Source of the DNA: Lytechinus pictus
Lineage: Eukaryota
Assembly (NCBI RefSeq): GCF_037042905.1
Contig: NC_087251.1
Coordinates: 33,978,001 to 34,042,000 of the forward strand
Length of the DNA: 64,000 nt
Direction of reading: 5' to 3'
Shown: positions 24,956-37,480 of the stretch, piece by piece
Layout: every line of letters starts with the position of its first letter
How positions within the stretch are numbered: position 1 is the stretch's first letter
Notes under the pieces: generated by a model
Seen by the model: only the letters and a program-made list of their open reading frames with translations
What the model was told of the DNA's origin: nothing
Databases searched by the model: none
Program-made: the position numbers and the translations under genes

Positions 24956-27900
24956 ACCCCTTCAGTTCCCACCGTCCCAGACCGATGAAGATTTTGGACC
25001 CCGGATGTTCCCTCCTTCCCAGGAATAGTTCCCTCAGACTCACAGAGAGTTGACCCTAGTGGCTGTGGAAACCTAGACCTTGGACACCCCTCCCTCAGCT
25101 AGGTGGTAGTAGTGAGAACTTAACCCTAGGGTGAGCTAGTGTAGTCCCTCTTGGCACTTGCTTTCACTGACATCTCCCTCTACAGCTCAACAAGCTGGCA
25201 TGGTCAACGCAATTCTCTCTCTTCCCCCGTCAGCTCTCGTCACCTAAACAGGCTTCTTACACCAGTGTAGCACTCTATTATTGGGTTGGTATGAACCAAT
25301 GCTTGGATATGTTTGCACTGTATGGGCAAAAAAAGGTTTCTATGCACAGAGAAAACATGCACATACAACTCTTGATACTTTAAACCACTTCAACTTACAT
25401 CACCTGTAGCTTGATAGCTTCCTCCCTCACTCAAAGACTATGTGAAAAACCTGTTACAGCAAACGGACAGCAGCTTACAGCCAATTACAGATCAACCAGT
25501 CATAACATCATGGAGAAATCTCATGCACCACTGGAACTGATACAGGTTCAGATTGATAGAGCTTTTTCCCTCCAGAGAAGGTATACATTCTAATACAGAA
25601 ACAATACTGAACAAGGGGGAAAAAAGCCTTTTTTCGAAATATACATATGTGCCAGACAAATAAACTTTCCAAAAGATCACTAAAAAAAGAACGGTCTTCC
25701 AAATTTTTTTACACATTTTCAAAAATGTAAATATTTAGTGTGAACATTAATAGTTAAAACCACACAATTTGTAACATTTTTTCTTTGTGAATTTTCTTTG
25801 ACAGGTACAAAGCTTACAGTTTCTGTGCATTGCGTTGCAGGACAGAGTGAAGCAGACCATGTTCAGGATTAGGGTAGGCTTTGCTCTTCATCTACAGAAA
25901 ATTCCACAAATCAGGCATACCAAGACCAGTCAACACCATTCTCCATCATGAAGCACTCCTTGACAGCACAATCTCTCCAATAACATAAATGCTGCTTAGC
26001 AAATAGAAACATTCGAGGGGGAAAAAAGGGAGATACACATTCCAGTTAAAAAAAATAAGCCCCAGCGCATGGGCCGATTGTAACCTTGTGATCAACCTCA
26101 ACGAGGAGCATTTTTTCTTCTATCAGTGCTCAAAACTTAAATAGTGCTTTTTTACTAAAATGGTTTAGCTTAGTTGATTAATAAAGATAACAGCAGATTC
26201 AACACAACAATTAAATACAATGTTCAAATATAATGAAAAAGAAAATAAAATGGAATCAAGACCACAAATACCATTTCAGGTGAGATGTGTCTCGCGGTGC
26301 GCCACTGATATGAAGGATGTTGTCTTTGTCAGATACAAGCAGTAATGGAGGTGTCTTACGAATATCAAACAAGCGTGATGGTAGAATAGGTTGCATGATG
26401 GGTAAACCCTGCTAGTATGTCAGAAAAAAAAGGAAAGAAAAAAAAACATCCCTGCCCCAAAACATTAACCTACTAGTAAAATATAATTCATGACCAAACA
26501 GCAAATGCCATAAACCAAACAAGAATGTAAAGATGTTAAATCAATTGAAAATGAGATGTCGTACACATGAATTCGCTTTGGGTTATATTTTGAAGTAATA
26601 TTGTAACTACGCTACAACAGTTACTAATACAGCAATTCAGGATTAACAAACTGATGATCAAACTATTAATTATATAATCACAGAAAGCAAACAGAGTAGA
26701 TTTAAATTATATTAATTTACCAGATTGAAATACCATACCAGGTTATCAAAAACGGCAATATGGGAATAGAATGAAGATGATTGGCAGATACATGTAGCTT
26801 GGTAATCGTGGAACACTTGCATGGGTGCAAAAGGTATAAAGGCATCTATTTCTAGCAGAAACAAAGACTGAGATAGAGAAGATATTAAACCCTACATGGG
26901 GTCAACCCCCAAGTTTGTTAAATGGTGCATTACATGAAGTATATTTCTTAAATTAACTTGGAAAATAATAAAAAACCCTAAATGCAATAACTTTCATGCA
27001 TGGATCTTTACAAGTCACAGTAATTTGCACATAGCAGAGTGCACATAAAGGGGTTATAAATTATTAAATTTCAACACAAATAACTTCCCCCATTCTGTAA
27101 ATGCTAAATCATTTAGTCTCGAGTAGAAAATTCTTATATATTAAAACAGAAATGTTATAGAAGCATCATGAAGCACTTATGCAAATTTTATTTCGAGAAC
27201 ACGCAACTCTCTCTATGAATTTGTTTTTCATGCCATTTTTAACTTCATAACACTATAACTCTAACACCATACAGATATTCCCTTGATACAAATTATCTCA
27301 TACCAGTTCAAGAAACTTTACAAATATTGATTACATCACATTTGTTATGGCGCCACAAACGCAGTCTCAGCATCCCTGAGCTCAGAAAAACAGTCAAGTA
27401 CAATAGTCTGATTAGCCAAGATGATGCATCCTTGGAAAATCTATGTGTATGAAAAGAAAAGGAAAACCCATCCCTCCCTCACAAGCTTGTGTCTATAACT
27501 CTAGGTCAAACATTTTGTAAAATGTGTTATAGAATGTTAAAGAAAAATAAAACTCAAAATACAGTGATGAATGCCCAATGGCAAGACAATTTTTTTTTCC
27601 TTTTAAGTATTACATATACTTTCATTGTGCACAAATGATTTTTTTTTAATGTATTAAACACAAAGTTAAAACAGACGTCACCTTCGACAGTCACTTAATC
27701 TGTTACTTCACTGCAGAACAGTTCATTACAATGATGGGTTGCAAACAAAGTTGGCATCAGGACAAGCACCTGACCGCAAAGAATAGAAAGAGAAAAAGAA
27801 CACTTTGCCCACCCTAAACCCAACAAAATCTTAAATCATACTTCTTTTTGTAAGTGGATATTTTTTATTTTCTACATACACATTCAAATGTATTTTTTAC

Positions 27901-30900
27901 ACGATCAACAAAACTAATGCTGGATTCATGAAAAGAAATGCACACCCCAAACCCAGCAGCACTACTCTGAGATTCATTCAAATTGTAAGTGGATTGTCTG
28001 CTTTTGCTTATTTTTTTTTCATTTGGCAGTAAGGATCAATGAGATAATGCACAAAAGTTGGTCATTCATGGAAAAGAAAAAATACCATAGTACATTAATT
28101 AAAACCTTTCACATGGATGGGTGAAGCTTTCTTGGGGCGCTATGATGGCACAGGTGGAAGATGCCTTCTTGGGCCGGAACTTGTTCTATACAAGAGTGAT
28201 GGAATATTCACCTTTACCCAAAAGGAACACTAAAGCATGTGCGCAGAGAAAAAGACAGGAGGAAAAACAAAAACACATGTTGACAGCCAAAATGGCTGCA
28301 TGCAAAGCCCCACAAAACATAATTCAAGTTCATGTATATCAAGGAAGTCCTAAAGTTGTGAAGCAAATGATATTCATGTTAAGATAATATTTTTTTCTTC
28401 ATATCTCTACTTCTTTTAAATCATGTAGAACCGTTATTTTTACCAATATTAATGCACATTACAAATCTATTCACTCGCGAAAAAAAAAGATTCTGCTCAA
28501 AATGAAATCCAATATCATGTAAGATTTAAGTTTTTACTTTTGCAAATGTATATTTATATATATATTTTTGGGGGTGTACCTTTTCAGAAAAAAAAATCAA
28601 ATGGGAAAATATGAAATGGTTACACTTATTGCTGGTTACCACTGTCATCTAAGCGAAGCTTGAATTCCCTTTGGCATAATGAAGTGCACTTGGTAAATCC
28701 TGTATCACATAATTGAGAACAGACGAAAATGGGGGGAAAGCAAAGCTCAATGTTAAACATGCCCACCCCACCCCCTCAATTTTAATTGAATGGAAAAAAA
28801 AAATTGATGTATAAATGGGTGTCCTGTATTTACCAATGTTATTAAATTAATGCATTACAACATACATGAGGTAGATGGGTACATAATTTTTTTTTTCATT
28901 CCTCACACTGCATCAGGCATTTAAGTACAATTAGCAATTTGTTGATTGTGAAAGATTTATAGAAACAATTGGATTATGATCATTACAACAGTTGCAACAA
29001 TACCGCTACATGGTGTTTCGCAAAGTGCCAGCCGATTAATGTCAAGCAAGAGTACATGGGTTGCCGACTTTGAAATGGTTGGTAATGAAGCACATAAGTG
29101 GCGTAGCAACATGCTTGCTTGGTTTATGTTCCTGCATGAATACCGAGAGGAGAGAAAACATGCTGCCTTTCGACAGAAAAAAATGCAGTTTTCTACATCT
29201 ACATAAAATACACAAAAATGCTCACTTATGTGAACAAGTTTATCTTGCACTAACAGTGCTTTCTTTTCTCGTATCATCAAGTACATGGAAACTCAAAATA
29301 CTTCTTTTTTTTCAACAAAGATTCCTTTTTCAAAGACTTGCTTGTGATAACAAGACAAGCGATTACATATGAAAATACATTTTAAAAAATTCACCAGTTG
29401 ATGGCCAACAGTCACTATCACCTTCTAAGTTGCCAATGCGAACCATACACACATGAAGACACTTGCTTTGCCACACACAATCTTGATTTTTTTTCCCCCT
29501 TCCTTTCATGATGTCAGGTAATTCCTGCATGACTTGTGGATAAACAGGAGGAAATTGGGAAAAGACTGGAGAACACATAACTGCCATAGGCAGAGTTATG
29601 ATTAACATTCATATTTAATGCTCTAGTTTTGCCAATGCCATTTCAAGTTTGTACACATGTGTAATGAACGACAGAAAGTTGCAATTCAGATTTACACTAC
29701 AATCTCATCAAGTTTGAGAGATTTAAGTTGAGAATATATTCTTCAAATAAATTATAATAAAATGTATCCTAACAAATGTTCCCATTCACAAAGACCGATT
29801 ACCAGTGAACACTTGGAAGAGAGAAGTCCATTTGCTATCACGTTCAACTCATTTAAGGAGCTAGTTCAAGAACAAAATCCACACTTAAAAATAAATCACA
29901 AGTCCCTGCAAAACAAAAGTAGAAGAGAAAAACTGCCAGAGGCAGGATCATGATAAATACCCCCCTCCCTCTTTCCATGGAAAAAAACTAGTTGCAAACT
30001 AAGGGCAAGCGCTACACAAGATTCAAGTTTTCAGAAAAGAAAGTCAGACTTTGGAAAGTTCTGTTTAAAAGGCACAAAGAGAAAGAAAAATTGATACGTA
30101 AACCCAATTAATCATGCATACAGGATGAAAACGCATCACGTACATCACCTCCGCTTTATTATTTGGTATTCTATTCCAAATGCCAGTAAATGGTTGGTAA
30201 GAAAGTCACTTGCATTCTTTGATTCCAGAGCAATCTGAATAGAAAAGGGGCTTAAGAAAAATACATGTCGACTGCCAAGCGGCAGGATCTCGCTACCCTC
30301 AAAATGCTTACTACAGTACATGAATTAATCTGGAAAAACAATTTTCACAATTATACTTTAATTGTAAAGATTTGGGAGAAAATGAGAACATTTGGATTTC
30401 ATTTTTTATCTTATCCATTATTAGTGATTTGTTTTCGGAAGCAAAAACATACAGTAACACTGGATCCAACATAGACGGATAGACTGATTAATGCTCATTT
30501 AAAATTATTTTTCTAACTAGGCTGAAGGATTGAATTTAAAAAAAATGCCCACCAAACCACTCCATCTCTGTTTCTTCAAATGGGAAGATTCCAGATCGCA
30601 AGCTGAAAAGAAGTGTGATCCTCAAAAGATCTGCATCACTTTGGTGCTTGAACAGCATTATAACCTGGATAAAAACACTATCAAAGGGGGAAAAAGGAAA
30701 GAGACTTCCCTCCCAGTCAAATATCCCCAAAATACAGATTTTTAATACAAAATATGCATTTTATATGTTTGTTTCATTGTTGTTTTTTTTGTTGCTTTTT
30801 TTTAAATATTCACAAGTGTTGTGTTGGTGTTTTTTGTTGGTTCTTTGAAATAAAACTGCTGGTTTCAGGACATTTACAGAAGATACCTTGCAAACTGCTT

Positions 30901-31129
30901 ATTTACAGATGACACTGTGGTCTTGATAAGGCCAAAGGAAGAGAAGTCACAGAAGGAACATTACTCCATAACAGGATGGCTGTACCGGGGGCTGTACATC
31001 AATTGCTTTATTTTAAGCTCCTACTGGCAAAGATTTAGGAAGAGGACAGACACGCTCCTACAAAGATCCTAAGATGAATTTTCCATCTGGTCTCGAACCT
31101 AGACTTGAGCAGGACATAGCACATATGGT

Positions 31130-33320
31130 TGTACAATAGATGCTACTGGCTTGGTGCAACATACTTCTAGATGGCAAATAAGAAAAAGGGAAAGAGAAAA
31201 ATCCCCATCCACCCACAAACACAGATTCCTTTATCTCGGACATTCCAAATACTGCAGTTTTAAATTGATTTTTCCATTGCACACGAAATCGGCAATATTC
31301 ACTTCCAATTTGATTTGATTTCAATTTGAATTTGAAGAGGACTTCCATTCCATTTTTGTTCAATAAATACAGCATTTTTTTTTCAATGAAATAAATTAGT
31401 CACTAACATTTCCACATGAAATTTTTTTTTCCAACCACACTGGGCTTCTGAACACGACACACTACTTCTTGCGGCATTTATTTGTGCTACCTTCTAGCTC
31501 TTAAGTATTGGGCATCCATGCAAACGGGCTTGAAATCTTGAGAAAACGATGCAAATCTGCTCCTTGTGGGATACTTCTGAATGGCAAACAGGAAAAGAAA
31601 AAAAAAAGAACATCCCTACCCCACATTGATCCCTGCACTTGAGAGATATTTTCCTAGTTGCTATTTTCCAAAACAGAAGTTTCACAAACATACTGATGAT
31701 TTTCTTGTAGTTTGAACAAAGTTTCACTTAATTTCTTGATTTTTCTTCTTTCACTTCATAAAAGCATTTTTGTATTTCAAATCACTAAATCACAATTGCT
31801 TTCAGATCAAATATTTCCATATATTCCTTCAACCAAACTAGGCTTCTGATCAAATCATCCATTACTATTTATGTGCTCAGTATTAGGCATCTACTGTGTG
31901 CAACAGGAAATCTTGAGAAAATGATGCAAACATCAAGAAAAATGTCCTTTCAACTAATTTAGGCTCCTGATCACATCACACATTACTTCTTACAGTATTG
32001 AACTGTGCTTCCTCCTAAGCATCGGGGCACCCTTGAGAAACTGGACTTGAAATCTTGAGAATACAAACTTGCTCCTCGTGAGGTGCTACTAAATGGCAAA
32101 CAGGAAAAGGGGAAAAAAAGAACATCCCTATCCCACATTGATCCTAGAGCTTGAGAGATATTTCATAGTTGTCATTTTCCATAACAGAAGTTGATTTTCT
32201 AATTTGAACAAAAGTTTCACTTAATTTCATTTTTCACTTCATCAAAAACATCTGAGGATTTGAAATTAAAAAATCGTAATCGATTTCAGATCAAATATTT
32301 CTTCAACAAAATTTTGGCTTCAGATCACATCATGCATTACTTCTTACTAGCATTTTACTGTACTTCCTTCTAAGCAACGGGGCATCTATGTAACACGACT
32401 TGAAATCTTGAGAATATGATGCAAACTTGCTCCTTGTGAGGTGCTTCTAGATGGCAAACACGAAATGTAGAAAAGAAAAAGAACATCCCTATCCCACATT
32501 GATCCCTGAGCTTGAGAGATATTTCATAGTTTTTATTTTCCAAAACAGAAGTTGGTCACAAACATACTGATGATTTTCTTGTAAGAACAAGTTAAATTTT
32601 TTTTCATTTTTCACTTCATCAAAAACATCTTTGGGTATTTGAAATAAAAAAATCGTAATCGCTTTCAGATCAAATATTTCCTCAACAAAATTTTCCTGTG
32701 AACAAAATTGTGGCTTCTGATCACACCATGCATTACTTCTTACTAGCATTTTACTGTGCTTCCTTCTAAGCAACGGGGCATCTATGTAACACGACTTGAA
32801 ATCTTGAGAATATGATGCAAACTCGCTCCTTGTGAGGTGCTTCTAGATGGCAAACACGAAATGTAGAAAAGAAAAAGAACAACCCTATCCCACATTGATC
32901 CCTGAGCTTGAGAGATATTTTTAAGTTGTCATTTTCCAAAACAGTAGTATAACGCAAAATACTGATCATGGTTTTGTTTAAATAAAAACTTCACAATTTT
33001 TTTTCACTTCATCAAGCATTTTTTTTATTTGAAGTCAATAATACACAATCGCTTTCAGATTAAATATTTCCACATATCCTTTCAACCAAACTGGGCTTCT
33101 GATCAAATAATGCATTACTTCTTACAGAATGTATCTGTGTTCTCTCTCCTAAGTAGTATTGGGGCATCTATGCAACAACAGGACTCAAAATCTTGAGAAT
33201 ATGATGCAAACTTGATCCTTGTGAGGTATTTCTAGATGGCAAAAACAAAAAGAAAAGGAAAACATCCCTATCCCACGTTGATCCCAGAGTTTGAGAGGTA
33301 TTTCAGTTATCATTTAAAAA
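31130..33320. repeat. Diverged ~350-400 bp tandem repeat, about 6 copies
   Basis: Marker AAATCTTGAGAA at 31533, 31908, 32050, 32403, 32799 and 33188. Confidence 0.88.
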
Positions 33321-35621
33321 AACTGATTTTCACCTTGTTCAAAACGAAAATTTAAATTCCATTTTTTTCCTCCATTTCATTCACCTTGTGCAGAAAAGAT
33401 CATCTTCACAATAAAATAGTACCACAAAAAGATAAATTGAGATTTAAGATTTAAGAAGTTTCCAATAGGAATTTCCTTGTTGAATAAGTTGATTCTCTGA
33501 AGAGATTTTGATCGAGTTTCTCCTTATGAAATAGAGCGAATATTTTTTTAATTTTCACAAGACTTTTCAATTGGTAATGGACAATGTAGAGAAAACGAAA
33601 ACCTGCACATATTTCTTGCGAAGAAAGAAGTTGAAGAAAACTGGTTCCTGATAAAAATTCCAATATGTATCATATAATTTCCTGGAGGTAAATGAAGAAA
33701 AAAAAAAAGAGAAACCGACTTCCCCACCATGTCACCATGCCCAGATGTTGGAGCGCGAGATCCAGAAGAAAAATTTCCTTTAATATCACAAAAGATTCCT
33801 AAAGAGAAAAGCATTGTAATCCGATTTTTCAGCTCCTTGTACTTGCTTGCCGAATTCCAAAAAAGCTTGCAGGTCCAGGTGTGTATTATGTTTCTGGCCT
33901 TAATTCAGGACATAGCCAATAGCTTGTAGTTGTGACTTAAATCTTGGAGCCAAGCAGAAACTCGGAAGCTCAGATGCTCCACTATTGGTGCACAAAAGAA
34001 ACGAAACAGAAAACGATGCATGCGACCCTTCACAAAGTGAAGTATGATTAGGCCTTAACAATTTTATACTTCTACACTATGATAGCACTGTTTTAGTAAT
34101 TTTATCAAGATTTTCTCATAATAAAATAGAACAGGATGTTTCAAGGTACAAAAAGTATACGCTGGGGAAAAAACACTTTACACAAGGACAAAAAAATGCA
34201 GGAATTTTCAGATTGTATAAAATAAGGGGGCCCAAACATGGCAATACCCTGTAGTAGGCTTATTTATTATACTTCCATACATGATACAATGACAAACTTC
34301 TGTGAAAGTAGAATTCTTAATTGCAGAGGATATTATCTCGATTCTATATTACAGGAATTTTGACAAGGTAGACCTACTCTTATTGTAACTATCAAACCCT
34401 TGCTGGAATTAAGCCTTGAAAGATTTAAAGGACGCTGGACTGATGCTCATTCTGTTTACAGACTGGGTCTCTCTCGCGGCTCCCTCATAACTCAATGGGA
34501 TAAGCCTAAGTACTCCTGAAACAAACAAGAAACGATGGGCCATACGGCACAAATAATAAACTTTCCAATGAAATAAATTGACCTTTTCACTATAAACTCA
34601 CCAATTTTAAACATTGATATGATTTGGAGAACCGAAAATAAGGAGAACCAGACATCCTGTTAATTAGAAAACTAAGACAATGACATCTTAGTGTTTTTTT
34701 TCTTACAAAACAGCAATTAACAAAAACATGGGCCTTTCTGGACTGCACTTAACTAATGCAAATGGGGGTTGATGAAGTTCAAATGGCACATGCTCTTATT
34801 CTTAATTTGACCCTTTTCAAGGCTTAAGGTAAAGTTTCTTGCTGAGAATACAATTTACAATACTTTTTTGTAGATCTATATATCAATCCTCTCTTTTGTC
34901 TGTTGCTAGTAGTCCATTCTTTTTTCTCTCTTGGAACTATTAACTTCTGTGTAACACTAGAATGTAACTTAACTTTCTATTCTAAAACCATGGCATAGCC
35001 ATAGACCAAGTCTACTAGGGAGTTCGGTGAAATGCCACTTTCAGAATTTTGTATCTGCAACTGTGCACCCATCATGCCCATGTAAAACAAGTATGAAGCC
35101 ATTAAAAGGAGGAAAACCCCTATAGAAACCTACATTATGAGATACTTAGAAGTTTTATGTTATGAATAAAACGATGTAGAATTCAAGAGCATACCTTGCC
35201 TCCCATAGCAACACATTGCACTTTAAAAAAAAAAGATTTGTCTTATTGCATTGCATTTAAATGTAAAATCTACTTATGCTGTAAAAAAAATCTGCATTCT
35301 CCCGCCCCTTTAAACATGAGTTGATTTAAGCCCCATTCTTTTTTCTTATTTCACAAGCTTTCCAAATTCATTGCGAATAGGATTCCTTCAACAGATTTCA
35401 GAAAAAGCCTTTTTAACACTTTTTTTGACAGAAGAAAATATGCATATTTTCCCGTGTATCTCCGTCAATATATCACTCAGACAATGAGTTGTTTGAAGCA
35501 CCATTTTCTTGTTTCACAAACTTTCCAATGGAATCAAATTTGTTGGGATTCCTTCAAGATTTCAAAGTCAGGGAACTCCCAAGTCCCTGACTAGAACTTA
35601 GAAGGGGAAAGGAAAAAACAA

Positions 35622-35742
35622 ACGGATGACTAACGTTAATTATGGTAGGAATCCTACCATAATTTAGGGTCTTATATCAAGACATCATTATCATGATTAT
35701 GCATCGATCGTCTACGAAAGTACGATATTACGTTAGTCAACC
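35622..35742. mobile_element. Small MITE-like fold-back
   Basis: GGATGACTAACGT / ACGTTAGTCAACC ends; internal hairpin ATTATGGTAGGA-A-TCCTACCATAAT. Confidence 0.45.
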
Positions 35743-37134
35743 ATCTGGGTTTTTTTTCCCCCTTACTTAGCTTAGGATCTCGGGTAGGATAAATGCTTAC
35801 CATGCTACTGCGCTTGAACTGCTTCACACGTCTTTGCAGGTCCTTCCTTCCATAAATCCAATCGTCTTCACGGTCTCCAGTTCACCCACAATTCATCCAC
35901 ATCATATCATGATCAGATTCCAACTCCATCCCGTCATCGGACTCATCCGCCACTCTCAACTGCAATTTCTACCATTTCTCACACTTCTCTAATTATAACC
36001 GACATTAATAAGACCTGCCTTAAGTTTATAACTATGACTTCGCATGATTAAAATTCCATAATTTTCGAATTCAATCGTAATATGACACAGGCATATGCCA
36101 TGCCCCAATCACCCCCCCCCCCCCTCAAAAATCACACAGACGAACAATCGAAAAGACGACCCGAAACAGACTGCGGAATTCATTTTAAGTTCAACACTAC
36201 AGAATATGGAATAACCTTACGTTACAAAACCAGCAGAGATGATAACAAACGTAACTGCCGTAACTTTAGGTGAAAATTTGAGATACAAATGAGAGAAATC
36301 GAAATTCATCTTATCAAAATATAGCCAAACAAGACAACAAGAAGACGGGCAAGACATGCAGTAGACTAAAGACAGTCATGCAATCGCCTGACGCTACAAA
36401 ATTCGCTTCGTATTTATACGAAAGCTGCCCACGCTCAACCATTTTGCACAAAATCATTCCGCGAATGACAAAATAGTTTGATCGATTCACCTCTATTATA
36501 ACGGAACATCGTAATCTAAATTTGTTTGGTATAATATATTTTTTGTTCAATATGATTTGAAATGTTCTTATTGCATTTTTATTAAAAAAACTGTCCAAAA
36601 CGTTTCCGTAAATCAGTAAAATATTACCATGCACAAAGCAACGTAAATCAGCACCATCCAGTCTGCGCAAAATAAATTTACCCGGCCTTTTCACCTCTTT
36701 TCATCAATAACAAATTTCGTTTCTATTAAAATACTCGAAATTACAAAACCTTCATATATTCATAATGATTTTTGTGATATTGTAACGACATAATATTAAC
36801 ATATGAAAAAAACATATGCATATCAATTTGTCCTGTTTTTTGTTTTTTAGATTTTCCCATTTCATTGCATATCGCGCAAAAATATTGCGTGTTATCTTGT
36901 GTGATGCGGTTTATATTGTGACGTAGTAGGTATGTCGACAGTCTGTTTATTTACGTCGATGGTACGTTTGGGCGGAATGTGGATAGCATGGGGGTACGGT
37001 GTGGGGCCGGCTATAGCTGGGGCCGGGGGTTCATCCCTGGCCCTCGATCAGGTCGGACAGGGGGGTAAGGGCCGGGGGTAAGGGCCACTGTCTCTCTGTC
37101 TGGTATGATGTTCATGTACATCATTTGGATTGGT

Positions 37135-37480
37135 TAAGTTTACCTGAAGTAAGAAGGTGCTAAATTATGAACACATTTATATATCATCAAAACGCGACTG
37201 AGCTCAAATCGTTTGTCTAGTGTTAAGACTTGTACAAATCAGCCGACGGTGTGTCGTATGTCTTGTTCAATATTATTCTTGCAGCCCTCTTCCCCCTCTT
37301 CTGAATTTTTTGCAGCTCAATTGTATGGGATTGAAATCTATTCGACCATACAGCAGAACAGTAATCAAATCTTGGCAACACTAAACTGTTATAAAGCAAC
37401 TTTATATATGATGTCAAATCTATCACAAAATCCGATTTAAGAAAAAAAAAAAAGGATAACAATTTTCATAAAAGAAAAAA
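37135..37480 (-). mobile_element. LINE (L2/CR1/Crack-like) RT C-terminal fragment
   Basis: LYNSLVLPRFDYCSAVWSN...LQKIQKR...AARIIL is the typical post-RT signature of CR1/L2-group ORF2. Confidence 0.8.

Larger units (their letters stand above)
18100..37100 (-). mobile_element. Putative giant decayed KDZ/Zisupton-like DNA transposon with spliced transposase remnants
   Basis: Ordered AG...GT-bounded pseudo-exons on - carry CxC-like, DANF, RH, YxxAC and DGE...WS motifs; Ulp1-like and SWIM-like remnants lie downstream. Many stops and frameshifts; no TIR or TSD found. Confidence 0.45.
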
